A stretch of 64,000 nt of DNA from Octopus bimaculoides (lineage: Eukaryota), in contig NC_068981.1 of assembly GCF_001194135.2 (NCBI RefSeq), forward strand, positions 157,084,979 to 157,148,978, written 5' to 3'. A program made the position numbers and the translations under genes. The notes beneath the pieces are model-generated. The model did not search any database. It saw nothing but the letters and a program-made list of their open reading frames with translations, and was not told the DNA's origin. Below, one piece after another: positions 1-34,200 of this stretch (position 1 is the stretch's first letter; each line of letters opens with the position of its first letter).

Positions 1-384
1 TGAGACAGGCAGAAACTGGTGTCTTGCTGTATAAGAAGTACAAGGTTACCCGGCAGGAGAGAGATCATGAAAGGTTCTAGTGAGACAGAAACAGGTGTGC
101 TACCGCAAAGGAAATACATCTTTACCCAACCTGAGGGATGTGCAGGAGAAGGAGAGAGAGAGTAGGAGGCAGCAGGATAGAGATGGTGGAAAAATGCCAG
201 GCATACTCACAAGGGACGGGGATCAGAATATAGATGGAATGGTGAATAAAGGAAGAGAGATATACAGATGAGGGCATACCCTTGAAGTTCAAAACGCCAT
301 AAGTGGCAGGATATTGTGAAGGAAGTGGGGGAGTGAGTGGCAAAAAACTGAGTATGTATAGAGTCAGGGAGCTACCGGATAGCA

Positions 385-1900
385 ATGATCATGAGGACAG
401 AATTGGGGAGTGAGGGCTAGGGGCTTTCCCTGTCTTCCTATCCTTAATTGCCTTACCTGTTATGCTGCTATCAATTCTGATGGCTGGTCTTTCAATTGGT
501 TCGATATTTGGTAGACTCTCCTTCTCCCATTCATTTTCCACATTTAGTAACTTTTCATAGTGACACTTCCATGCATCTTTCTTCTCTGAGTCACTAAGTG
601 CAAGCATACCATTATCCATTTGTACACATTTCTCACCTGCTACATTTCTATATTCTCTGATACACTGTTTTGCAATCCTGAACACGTCACACCTCTGATC
701 CTCACATTGTAGAACATTTGCAAATCTCTTACCTTCAGCTTCTCCTTTAGCTATGTATACCTGATGCCTAGCTGCCCTTTTGGCTACCTGATATAATTCT
801 CTGCTTCCATCATTTTTCCAGGCCTGTCTTGCTTTTATAGCACTATCAACCTCCTTGCTCCACCACCATATCACCCTTCATCTAGCTAGGACACTGCACC
901 AACCACAGATTTCGTCCATAGCCCACAGGAACTTCCAATTGTCCTCTAAGCTATATGTCCGCAACTCATCCTCTCTTTCATCAGAAGCTTCCATTAGTAA
1001 ATCTCTAAATTTTCTTGTTTGCTGGGTCTTTGAGCTTCCATAGTCTTCTTTTCCAGATTGGTTTATTTCTCCGAGTCTTTCTAGCTCTAATTCTGAAGTC
1101 ACTAACTAGTAACCTATGTTGGGAAAGACTTCACATTTTTAAGCATCCATCTATCATTGCCTGGTGAGTGGGTAGTAAATCTGGCTTATGTGCTTACCAG
1201 ACTGATAAGTGATTAGGTGGCTGGTTGGTTTATTTGAAGTTAGTGTTGCAGATTATTTGCATCACAGGACTCCGGCAGTCTTGTTCCCTTCTCATTTCTA
1301 GGTCCAAAACCATAGCCCCCATGCACTCCCTGGAATCCATGGGGGTGCTGTTCAACATGTCCATTGAAGTCACTAGCCACAATAACAAAGTCTCTGTCAT
1401 TTGTTGTTGGGATGGTCTGCAAAAGGATCTCATAGAATTGGTCCTTCTGCTCATCAATCAACCCAGACTGAGGAGCATAGGCAAAGATAAATATAACTTA
1501 ATTTACCCATGATAAGTCTCATCTTAATTACCCTAGTACATACTCTGACTACTTCAATTACCTTATCTGCCCACTTTTCTGCTAAAAGTATGCCTACTCC
1601 ACCCACTCCCTCCTTCCTGCCGACCCAGAAGAATTTGAATCTGTTTCTTACCCACGAAGAATCTAGCTAAAGTTCCCCTCCATCTTACTTCTTGCACACC
1701 ACACCAATATGGCGTTCCTCCAACATTTCAATAATCTCCCCACTCCTTCCTTTCATTGTGTCAACATTGATGGCAGTGGCCCTGAGACTGAGTATTTGGG
1801 AGTGGTGGTGATAAGGTAGTTGTGGAAATTTTGTCCTTACCTGAAATGAAGATCTGCAGAAACACTTGCCAGCTAGCATAGAGCTTTGATACATAGTTTA
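385..1900 (-). mobile_element. Degenerate RTE-clade LINE (APE endonuclease and linker)
   Basis: Minus-strand fragments INVDTMKGRSGEIIEMLE, ASDFNGHV..HGGYGFGPRNEKGTRL and WKCHYEKLLNVENEW are typical RTE ORF pieces, interrupted by stops and frameshifts. Confidence 0.88.
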
Positions 1901-3864
1901 TTCAGTGAATTACAATGTGAATGTTTGTGTATCTCCTTGCCTTGAGCAATAGTTGTAAACAAGTGTCATCATCATGGAGCAGTACCTTTTGTTTCCAATC
2001 AGCTGTGAACATGTCCAGTCTTGAGGAAGTATTACCTTGCTTTGATACAGATGAGTTTGACAACAGGAAGGGCATCCAGCCTTAAAGAATCTGCCTCAAT
2101 GAATTTCTGACCTATGCTAGTATGGACAATTGCCATATTATGCTGAAGATCATGTTTGCTGCACTAATCTTAGTATGATATATATTATCTCTGAACTTTC
2201 TATTGTAGATCTTGTTCTGTCTTAAAAGTAGACAGCCTAAAAGGAGATTTATTCTCTTTCTCAGTGATATTTTAGGGTTTCCATTGGTGTTTTGTCAGAG
2301 AATAATCCTATGATCAAAAGTCTTTTATCTAAGACCATCCAGTATTTTTGGACATTCAGGACTACATTATCTAGAGTATCCTACAAGTATATACATCTGT
2401 AAAAGCAATCAGTCCAACAATATGCATCAACAACTTTGTCTTCATCATTTTACATGCAAATTTTGATGTTGACATGAATTGGGCAGGTTTACTGAGATGG
2501 TGCTTTATGATTGGATGCTCTTCCTGTTGCTATGAAGTCAGTTTTTTCATATGGTTAGAGATGATGAATGACCAAGACTATAACAGATATGTATTTAATC
2601 AAATCCTAAGAAACATAAAAGAAAGTCAAGCAGGAAGGTTTGGACAGACAGATAAAATTATTATAATAGTTCTTACTCACTTCCAGTTCTGACCACACTT
2701 AGGAAAACTATCATGAATGATGGAAGGATGATAAGTGGTAAAATGCCAATTGATTATCACTAAAGCAGCATTTTACTAACAATGGTTAAGAGAGAATGGT
2801 ATATGTTCTTACTTGATTCTGTATTATATAAAGCTATATTTTTCTAAGCAAGTATACTAATGCATCTAGCTGTAGGTTTGTATCTCAGGTAATCAAGAGT
2901 CTTGTACCTTATTCGTCCATATATGACACTTCTGCCAGTATTTAAACTTTTGTTTAAGTATGAAGCTCTTTCAGTAAGGAGTAAGATTATACATGAAAAC
3001 CACAACCTTCAGTATTTACTGGTTATTATTTTATCTATGTTAATACATATGGTTGAGTGTCTAACTTAGAAATACAACAGTGGACAGGATTCATTTCAAA
3101 CCATGGTACCAGTTTTGTGCTGTATCTTCGGTAAAAACATCTCAATAGCTGTAAACAGACACCAAAAAAGGCATCATTGAAATGATATGTCTTGTTACAG
3201 TGTATCCAGTTTTTTCCCCCCCATGAAGTGTAAAAGAAAAGTGCATCTATCAAGGATGAAATGTTTCAACATTGTGATAGCTGGGATGAACTCTAATTTA
3301 ATTCATATGTCATGAAAGAAACCTTTTAAAGTATAGGGAACAAACAGATCTGTAGATTTGGATTAGATTCAATTTATAGTCTCCTTTACCGCTTTTATTA
3401 TCATATTTTTGTTAAAATATGCTCTCTGTTTCCATCAATTTTGAAATAATGAAGAATTAAAAAAAAAAAAACAACTATCATTTTAAAGCTTGTGTTTGGA
3501 ACATAAATAGTGCATTTTAAAAGAGGAGATTTGTATGATGGAACCAAGGGCAGTCTCAGGTGTCTTGATATCAAAAGGATTAACAGACCAAAGCTCATAT
3601 AAGCACCCAATGATATTCTTAACATTCCTTCCTATTTTATCTGTTCATTAGATCATTAAAAAAATAGAATGAACTAAAAGGCTGTTAATCTTGTACCTAT
3701 GTAAAATATCAATATACTATATCAACAAAATGAGGTACTATGAAAATATATTTTAATAATAAAGCTATTTTCAATAATCTGTTGTGGTATTTAAAAAATA
3801 CTTGTTTTTTTCTGTCAGTTATGTTACTTTTATAAAACAAAAAAAAATCTTTTTTCCAATATAT

Positions 3865-23951
<20,087 letters not shown>

Positions 23952-24099
23952 GATGAAATCAGTTGAAACACACAGTAACTATAACAAAATAAATTACTAC
24001 AGTAATATAAAACTGAAATATTAAATAAAGTTTTTCTTCTATAATTGGTGATATAAGTTGCGTATCCCAGAAAGTTTAGCCTGGTTTCTTTTCTTTGGC

Positions 24100-24200
24100 G
24101 TATGCAAAGTAGGTGGGAGGGGTTTCGTAAAGACTCCGGTTTTGGTGACTTGGTAAAGCCGGACAAACACTACTTCCGCTACCTAGTGCCAATTGTCGCA
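24100..24200 (-). promoter_or_regulatory. Putative FAM89-like promoter/TSS region with ETS-type GCGGAAGT motif
   Basis: GCGGAAGT at 24172-24179 on the minus strand in a CpG-retaining patch about 220 bp upstream of the ATG at 23951. Confidence 0.45.
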
Positions 24201-24934
24201 ACTGACACTAACTTCGTGTATTTGGGTGTGAGAAATTTTCTAGAGAAGTATAAAATAGGCCATTGATACAAGTCTCCCAAGTGTAATAAAGAATTCATTA
24301 TTTTGAGGGTTGTGTTGTATGTAACTCGTTTGTCTTCAGTTAGAAAGCGTTTTTCCTGCTGTTCATTAAATGTTTAACGCGAACATTAATTGATCGTTAA
24401 AGATTGTGCTTTGTTAATCAAATACTGCATGTCTTTGTGAAGTTATCCGTTTCAACAGCTGGTTCTTCATAATTTTGTTCAAGTACATTATGAGCATCAT
24501 CATCATTTAATATTCCATCCTCCATGTTAGCATGGATTGGAATTTTAAGGAGTAATGTATTTTTACATGTTTATTTCTCTAGCTCATAATGGGTTGGAAG
24601 AGTGTGTAAATTTAGATATTTGCACGAAGTGAGTTGTGTAATGTTGCTAGAACACCATATCTACATTACTGCAAGATTAAGTTGTTAGGATATTTAACAT
24701 TATCACCTGTATTAATCAAACTGTTTGATATTTTACACTGGTGACAAGTGCTTCCAATTTTTTCTCGTGTCCTTCTTTTCCATCTTCACAGAAGTTATAT
24801 AATTAAATTATTTTCCCATTATTGTGGAGACTTTCTGAGAAACTTTTTCTCATCTCTTGGATACTGCTCAATAACTGTACAGGTTCATTTGTTGTTTGTG
24901 AACCTTGCAACATGGCCTGCCTAGTTATAATATG

Positions 24935-25400
24935 GCTATCTCAGATCAGCAGCAAACCATGCTGACAGAGATGGACACCTATAGCTCAGAAATAGGCCAT
25001 AAGACAAACTGTATGGAACCAAAATATGTGCTGTCAGAAAACATAAAACAGAACCAAATAGAAGTGGAGAAGTGATGAAATCAAGGAGGTATAGAAGTAT
25101 GCCTGTTTGGGGCATACTCTTAATATGTACCAAGGCCTGGGTACTGAAATCTCAAGAATAAGGTGAAGATGGAAGGTGTTTAAATCAATAAAAGATGTGC
25201 TCAAAACAAGGCAGAACAAGACCCTGTGTACTAGTCTCTTCAGTGACACTGTCCTACCTGCACTCATATACACTTGTGAGACATGTAATCAAAGAAGAAT
25301 TTTGATTGGCTATAACACACAGGGTCATGGAAAGCTCCATAATAAGAATATTCATTTTGAGAGCATATCTGAAATGAAGTAATTTGAGAAAAGAATGATT
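24935..25400 (+). mobile_element. RTE-type RT C-terminal remnant
   Basis: WKVFKSIKDVL..LFSDTVLPALIYTCET resembles the RTE LF...VLPAL.YG.ETW motif. Confidence 0.65.
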
Positions 25401-28400
25401 GTTGAACATATTGCACAAGCAGCAAGCTGGCAGAATTGTTAGCACACTGGGCAAAATGTTCAGCAGCATTTTGTCTGTCTTTACATTCTGCGTTCAAATT
25501 CCACCAAGGTCATCTTTGCCTTTCATCCTTTTGGGGTTGATAAAATAAGTACCAGTTGAACACTGGGGTTGACGTAATTGACTTACTCCCTCCCCAAAAT
25601 TGCTGGCCTTATGCCTAAGTTTGAAATCAATATTACAACTATTGCAATTAGCCTCTATACAGCTTATAATTCTACTCATGATTAGCTTACCTAGCCAACA
25701 GAAACATTTCTTTCTTATTAACTAGTGGGGTTTGTAGGAGGAAGAGCAACTTGATGTTAGCACATGTTCTAACAATATACAAATGCACAAATTTGTGAAA
25801 TCACTCTCACCTGTATGAGAGAAAGCATAATTAAGCAAAGTAAGAAAATATCTAGCCCTCTTCCAGGATGTTGAAGCTGACTTGTAGGTTAGATTTGTGG
25901 AGATAGATAAAAGTAGATGGGTTCTTTTTTTTAGTTAGTATCCTACAATAGGACACCTTAATTACAAAATCAAAATAAATATCTATTTTCAAGGCAAGAG
26001 TAGATTTTATTATTGCGATTATTATATCCCAACTTTTGTTATATTCTTTGTTTCTTTTTTTGATTAGAATTTTTTATGAGAAAAAAGACAATTTATAAAG
26101 ATTAACAGTAAAAATAATTTTTAACTCCCCCCTCCCCCGAAAATATGTAATTAGTAGAGAAATAAGCAAAATGAAGCAGTATGTACATATTTTCAGTAAT
26201 ATACTTCACCAGGCTTTAGATAAAGCATTTGATATCAAATTTTGAGAGTAAAATACAGTAAGGATAATGAGAAGGGGTGCATTAAATGAGTTTGTGCTGA
26301 CAGAACACAGCTGGAAAGGTTGAAATAGAAGTTATGACAGGTTTTCTTTGTAACTTATGCAGGCTGTGCCCCTGAGTTTTGCAGGATCTCTGACTGGAGA
26401 GATCAATGCAGTTTATATTCAGCTTAAACGTCTACAAGTTGATGCCTGCAGGAAAAAATGTGGGCATGGAAGAAATTCCAGAGAGAGTAGGAGGGTCAGG
26501 TGGGCATGGGTGGAGGTAGAAAGCAGTTAACTGTTTCAGGAGTACAAAGTCCATTGTAGTCACAATGAGTGGAGTTAGAAAGTCTGTGGACCAGTTATTG
26601 TAATGTGCTCGGGAGTAAATCTTAGCCAATCAGTAGGCTGGTCTTCTTTTGGGTGCTGTTGAGGTTGTTTGTGTAACAACTGCAGTGTCCAGATGTGGGA
26701 ATAGTACTCTGTTTGTATGCTAGTAGTTGCAATATTCTGGTGTGTGTAAGGTTACCTCACATATTTTTTATTATTTTATGTACAGAATGTTTATGTGCAT
26801 ACTAACTGCACATATCCCTAGATTTGTGTGCAGTACAGTCTTTAGTGTATGATGCACTTTTACCTAGTGGATATCAGCAATTCTTTAGGGCAGAGGTCTA
26901 GCATTTCAAGAAAATTTGAAGCTTTTATAATGGATGTAGTGTTGTGTCATTGTTATATGCAGTGACTGTCTCTTAGTACTAGTTAATAAGAACTGATTTT
27001 GTATCTCTAAAGCTTTTAGTCAGAGAGATGATGCATATCTCATGACAAATAGCTATGCTGAATATAAATGCATGTTTGCAGAATATTAAGGAAAGATAAC
27101 TGTGTCATCTGCATCAGAATATGTACAATTAGAGGTAATAGGTTGGTAATGTAGAAAAAGAAGAGTGTAGGAGATATAGTGGAACTCAAATGAACACAAG
27201 AATTAATATAATGTGATGGGGGAAAGAAATCCCTATCAACATAAATCAATATAGAGTGGTTTGACAGCTAATAGGGCATTACAATAAGTAGTGAGTTTTG
27301 TTAGGTTATCACACCAGACTAACACTTTTTTTTCACTGAAGTTCTTAAAGAGGAAAGAACAATACTGAATCTGGCTTCCCAGAAACTGGTTACCACAGAG
27401 AAGAGACTCTTTAGAATGTGACACAAATTATAAAGAACCTCTAAGTCATCATTATCATTTAACGACTGCTGTTCGTGCTGGCATGAGTTGGATTTGGCAA
27501 GGTTTCTATGGCTGGATGCCCTTCCTAATGCCAACCACTCCGATAGAGTAATGGGTGCTTTTATGTGTCACCAGCATGTGTGCCAGTTGCATGACACTAG
27601 TATCTACCATGACTATAATTTCACTTGGTTTGATGGGCCTCCTACTTAAGCACAGTGTATTGCCAAAGGTCTCAGTTATTTATCATTGCCTAAAGAAATT
27701 TGTAACTACTGAATTTACTGGAAACTATTGAATTAACAATGATTTCAAATTCTGGCACAAGGCCAGCAATTTCAGGGGATGGGGTAAGTCGAGTACATTA
27801 ACCCCAGTGCTCAGCTGGTACTTATGTTCTTGATCCCAAAAGGATGAAAGGCAAAGTCAACCTCAGTGGAATTTAAATTCAGGACATAAGTACAGATGAA
27901 ATGCCACTAAGCATTTTGCCTGGCATGCTAATGATTTTGCCAGCTTTCCACCTTAACTATTAAATTAATATTAATTGGTTTCTCACATATGCACAAGGTC
28001 ATATATTTTAGAAGAAGGAAACAATTATATTGATCAGACTGAAATCTACTGACTTAGTAATTGACTGATATATATATTATCTATCCTAGAAGAATGAACA
28101 GCAAAATTGTCTTTGAGGGATTCAAACTCAGATGTTAAGAACTGCAACTAAATACTAAAAAGCTTTTAATTATTTAATTCTTGCAATAAATAACAACAAT
28201 ATTTCCAATGTATAATTCTTGGGAAGACAAGTGGTAGTCAGCATAAATAGAAGTCTATATAGAAAAGCAAATTATTAGGCATGCCAATTTGCCATGAGTA
28301 GAAGATATGGTTAATGTTTCTGGCAGAATTTTATGAAAGAATCTTACAGTCTCTGATGAAAGGTTCTACATGAATGATTATGTTTTTTGCTCATGGTAAC

Positions 28401-28577
28401 CTAGCATGAGTCATTTTCATCATGTTGATCATGTATTCAAAAGACAAATCAATATTTGTAAACATGATGCAAGTAAACAAAGACATTTTCAAAAACAAAA
28501 ACTTAATATTTTCAATATTTTATTGGAATATTCATTTCATTTATTAAATAAGAAACAATTAGAAAAATAAACGCAAA

Positions 28578-28625
<48 letters not shown>

Positions 28626-30611
28626 TTTGAATAATCTGTATAACAGATTGTAAGATGATAATATTGCCAAATAAAAAAGAGAAAAAATGTTCTCATTTTT
28701 GTAATGGTCTTAATTTGAAAATCCTTTCTCACTTTAATTTAACAGTATTATAATTATCTTCATTATTTTCTTAAAAACATTTTATTATAATTTTTAAAAA
28801 AAATAAATTCAGTAACAAAGCATTTATATTAAACTGGAGAATGATTGTTGATATCAATATAAATTATAATCATAATATAAATTTTTCTTTCGTCTTCTTA
28901 TCACCATGAAAACCATCTTATATAAATTAGCACCCTAAAATGTAAGAGTTAAAGCTAGTAGAGATGACAGTGTATTAACGTATGCTGTAAAAATGTTGGC
29001 AGTAAATATCCCATCAATGGTTGATTGGTGAAGTCAAATGTTGATGGACCTGTTCACTCGAGTTGTAAATAGGTACCATACGATGATATACTTTATCACA
29101 AATAAAATACATGCACGACTATTTTATTAGCTTGAAGTGCTGGGCTTAAATCTTCACCTGGCCTTAGTGAAAGCAGTAAGAAACCACACTAGTTCCTAAA
29201 GCATTTGGTAAAAATAAAATATTTGGAGCTACCCAACAACTCAATGACACTAATGTAATAATGACACAGGGTGGTATCTTATCTTCTACTTGATGCAGTT
29301 ATTAGACTGTGGCTATACGGAGGCACAACCTTGAAGGGTTTTAATCAAACAAGTTGATTCCAGTACTTATTTTTTAAGCCTGGTATTTATTCTATTAGTC
29401 TGTTTTGCCAAACTGCTAAGATATGGGGACATAAACAAACCAACACCAGTTGTCAAGTGGTGAAGGAGGACGAACACAAAGACATACAGCCACTTCTTCA
29501 TTTTTGTTCATATAAAAAATACATTTTTCATCTCTTAAAAGACAGAACATTTTCATATTATCAATGAAACAGAAAATAATGTGACATTTTCCAGTATTTA
29601 CGAAACACTTTCATATCAAAAGAATAAACAAACAAAAAAACCCTATTTCTCCATACAGGATAAGAATATGGAATATACTGGAAATGTATTGGGAACATAT
29701 AACTTAGACACAAGAGAATATTTATGGAACTTTTGTCTAAGCTGGCATGGAAACCCAATTCTTCAGATATATTGCCTTAATATTTTTGAAACAATTAGAG
29801 GAACACAGAATAAATATGGCTGTAAGTTTAAGATCATTTAGAATCACATGGTTTGGGTTCCATCCAATAGTGCAGTACCTTGGGCAAGTATTTTCTCTCA
29901 TAGCCTCAAGTAGATCCAAGCCTTGCGAGAGAATTTGTAAAGATGGAAACTGTTCAGAAGCCTGTCGGATGGACTTTACTTATATCAGGATGGCAGATTT
30001 AATCACCATTACATGGCCCAGGTGCAAGTATTTGGTCCCAGTGTTCAGTCTGAGATAAACTCAATACCTTAATGTACTGCTTTCTACTGTCGTAACCTAT
30101 ATGTTGCAATTTTTCCTCACCTCATGAATCTGGGAAGCCTTGCAAAAGGTCACAAGCAATGCCATTATAGATTAATGCTAACTATTCATCTTTGAAGTAA
30201 GAGTGGAAGCTTATTCAAACTATACCAAACTGAGTTTAAAATGGTTATAAATCTTGGATGGGCTTTGAAAATCTGCACATTTACATATTGCTGTGCTGTT
30301 TTATAGTTGAGAGGTCATCCTATTGATAACCACTGAACTTAAAATAAGAATGCCTCCAATTATCAGTTAAACAGACTTCAGTAAAGTTTACAAAGATGAC
30401 ACTATGGTCACTTGTCCAGCTCGCATCATTTTGTGAAATTCTCCTTCATTCTATGAAGGCATTAAAAATCTTTATATAATGATTTCATTTAATTTTAAAA
30501 TCTTCCATTTACACATTATCTGGAATACAAACTGGAACCAAGCTTTTACACATTTTCGTATGCACACACTCATACATATCTCCCATCCATATGCACTTAT
30601 ATGTGTATGTA

Positions 30612-30643
<32 letters not shown>

Positions 30644-30752
30644 CCGGAGTAAGCACATAAAATGTGCAACAAGGTGGAAAAAAGAGTACTCAAATACCAC
30701 ACACACACACAAACACATACTGTATATACACACAAAGAATAATGATTTCTCG

Positions 30753-30984
30753 TTAAACTTCATCTGTCAAATCAAGTTCAGAACTAATAAGTTTGTCTTC
30801 ATCTTCATCATAAATGCGAGAATTATCCAGTAGTTTGTGTGTTTTGACGTTCTTCTGAGGTAGTTTACATTTTTTGAAGCAGGTGAATTTGTCGTCTTTG
30901 TACAAAGTATACATTGAACAGCATGAAATGAGGATACTAACAGCCGCAACAATACTCATTGAAATGAAACCATACACATAAAAC
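30753..30984 (-). CDS. NAGPA: NAGPA exon 11 (transmembrane helix and cytosolic tail, stop)
   Basis: ttttcctag|G TTT TAT GTG...; encodes FYVYGFISMSIVAAVSILISCCSMYTLY followed by a tail ending YDEDEDKLISSELDLTDEV*. Confidence 0.9.
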
Positions 30985-31190
30985 CTAGGAAAATAAAATA
31001 GAAAACATTATAATTAAATAAATGAGTTTTTGAAAAAGGGTCTCTATTATTTTTTTTTTCAGCATTGCTATGACTATAGATTTGGTTAAAAAAAACACAC
31101 ACTGCTGTCCATTTATACACTGATAATCTTCAAAATGGGAAGCTGGTATTTTGTCAACTAAACTATATGAAAAAGATAGAGGGACCTCTC

Positions 31191-31228
<38 letters not shown>

Positions 31229-34200
31229 ATGTGTGCAAGCCATGTAAGTCTGGTATTCAGTGAATGGAAAATCCAGGTTTGAATCACTATGTAATTTGGC
31301 ATCAAGTATTGCAAAATACTCAAATGATGAGCCAATAAGAAAGCATAGTTACTTGACCAGCTAAAATCTTCCTCAAATCACATCCTACTACCTTTAAAAA
31401 ACACAAAAGGTTACATGCTTTTATATATCTTTAATGTCAAATATGTTTTCTTTACACTGTAGACAGATTTGAATATAATTTTATTTAAAATGAGGTAGTT
31501 TTGGTGAAGGATTGTATGGTATAACTTTAAAGGGATTTGTTGTGTAAGGCAAGAAGGTACAAAGTAAATTACAAAAGGAAAAGCAAACAAAACAAAGTTA
31601 CAGTTCCACCTTGTATTTCTATATTTCGGGTGAAGAAGGGGTCCTTACCCTGAACTACAGAAATACAAGGTAAAACTGCAACAGTAAGACATTGGCGTAT
31701 AGTGACACAAATATTCAAATTATGGTAGATGTCATTCTGTATATAAAAAGAATAGAGTTACCTGTATTCCTTCGTTCTGTCCACAATTAAATGCTTATGT
31801 TGTATAATCTTTTGGGCAAGGCAATTACTGGCTATAATTAATAAAACCAAATTATAGATTATAATCAGCCAAAATACAAAAAAAAGTGAACTATTTTTTG
31901 TACTCAAACTTTCAACAACACTATCTTACTTCAAAACACAAAGCTAGAGAGAGGAGAAAGGGAATTAAGACAAGAGAGAGAGAGAGAGGAGAAAAAGGAA
32001 AGGAAAATATATGAATAAAAGGTACAAAAGTTTACATATGATACAAAACAATGTTACTTAACTATTGGAAATCTTTATAAAATTTAAGGCAATACTGATT
32101 ATTAAATTTAAAGTCACCTCCACCCTTAGTACTCCAGCATTAACTACAACCATGAGTACTATCAATCCTTCTGATAGACATACAAAATAACAATGTAGCC
32201 TATGAATTTACCACCCCACATGACAATTGCCGAGATCAAACAATATCTTGTACTTATGAAATAGGTTATAATCTTGGCATAATAAATAAACCAGTAGACA
32301 TTCCTACTGTTAATTATTCAACAGTAAAATGATATCTGCAGTCAAGCCAGCTGAGGTAAACAGACTTGAGTGCTTTCTAAGAGTCTTAGCACAAAGGTTG
32401 TAATAAGCTTAACCCATGATCATACAAGCCAGTAGTTCACGACCAGTTTTTTTTTTTTGAATTCACAAATAATGTGTCTATTAACAGATATTAAAAAAAA
32501 AGAGGAAATAAAAAGCTATGGGAATTCACCTTGAAAAATATGTTTGGAATAAGCTGAAGATATAATACATCTTCCAGTAATATGATCACAGCCACAAGCA
32601 GCAGGGCACATACAGACATGTTTACATTGGTCACCATAGAAACCAAAAGGACAGCCTATAAATGAAGGATAATTTCAAGCATTAAAAACATCATAAAACT
32701 AAATCAACTGTGGTTAAAAGAAAACATGCAGCTCATTGGTTCTTAACAATTTTCTTGTGACATAATGATTATGTTTTGCCCAATGGTTAGCTTTGAGATA
32801 ATAGCGAACTTGACACTGAAATCCAAGAAAAAGGACAGCTTTGGAATACTGGTGTGCATTAAAGTGTAGCTTCTAATAAAGTGACCGCAGAATATTAATA
32901 TGCTTTGAAATACAGCTCAGCACAGGACTTAGAATTTTCAGCTACTTGCATCTCTGACTAACATAACAACTTCCTAAACATAGCATTGCATTGATGACAT
33001 CAATCTCAACTTATCTCTTTGAAGTCATCATTCTCAGTAACTTCAATGCATAAGACTATTTTTAACATTTGCACTTCTCACACACTAACTCTACATAAAG
33101 GCTGGATTGTTTACACTCCTGATCTGTCTGTACTCATTAAGCTTCATCACTGATTCATATCTTTGACCGAGTACACCAGTGTACATATGTTTACTTTGTC
33201 ATTACTATCCCTGCTTCACTGGATCATCCGACTATTGTATAGTTAAGGTAGTACAATTACGGTCTCTGAATGCACAAAATCTGAACTTGATCCATTTGAT
33301 GCTCCATATTAAAGGGTTAATATCTACCAGTTCTAAGCTAACAAATACCATCTTCATAGGTATGTTCTTTCATCATCATCATCATCATCATTTAACGTCC
33401 ACTTTCCATGCTAGCATGGGTTGGACGATTTGACTGAGGACTGGTGAACCAGGTGGCTACACCAGGCTCCAATCTGATTTGGCAGAGTTTCTACAGCTGG
33501 ATGCCCTTCCTAACGCCAACCACTCCGAGAGTGTAGTGGATACTTTTACGTGCCACCGGCACGAAGGCCAGTCAGGAGGTACTGGCAACGGCCACGTTCT
33601 TTCCAAATGGTAATAGAAACAAAACCTTTTATGTGAATTGTTATACTGATTGAAGTGATCAAATGTACACCTACTTTGATTTCAGCATGTTGGTCTCATG
33701 ACACAAAGGTAAACTGAGCGTGTGTTCTGTATCATAGCTTGCTAAAAGTAGTAGCCAAACATTCCTCTTTAAAGGACAAATTGAATAATGTAGTCTGAGG
33801 CGTACTGTGTCTGAATAATCAAGATAGTCAAGATTGAAATACTTTTGATCATAGATCTGCTTGATCAAAATTAACCTGGGGCTAAAACAATAGCAACAAC
33901 AACAAGTGTCTACAATGTAGCATACCACCCAAATGGTTGTGAAGTGTTCTAGAATCAAGAGACTTAGCAAAATCTTCCTACTGTTCATTTCTCAACCAAG
34001 ACAGCTCTAGTAGAAACTTCCAGTTGACACAGCTACCACATTTGTTGCTTGGTTTTTAATTTTTTTTATTTATTACTTTGGTTTGGAGGAAGGGTCTGTA
34101 TCCATGACTTCGGAAAGCTCTCCAAAACTAGTACAGAGATAATATTGATGTTCATCTTGGAAAAGTTCCAATTTAAAGGTTGCAGGAAAGAAATGTGCAG

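Noticed and set aside
29700-30200. Cys-containing ORFs just downstream of the NAGPA stop, considered as extra exons
   Set aside because: No compatible splice sites, the gene is already complete, and the sequence looks like a decayed LINE 3' remnant
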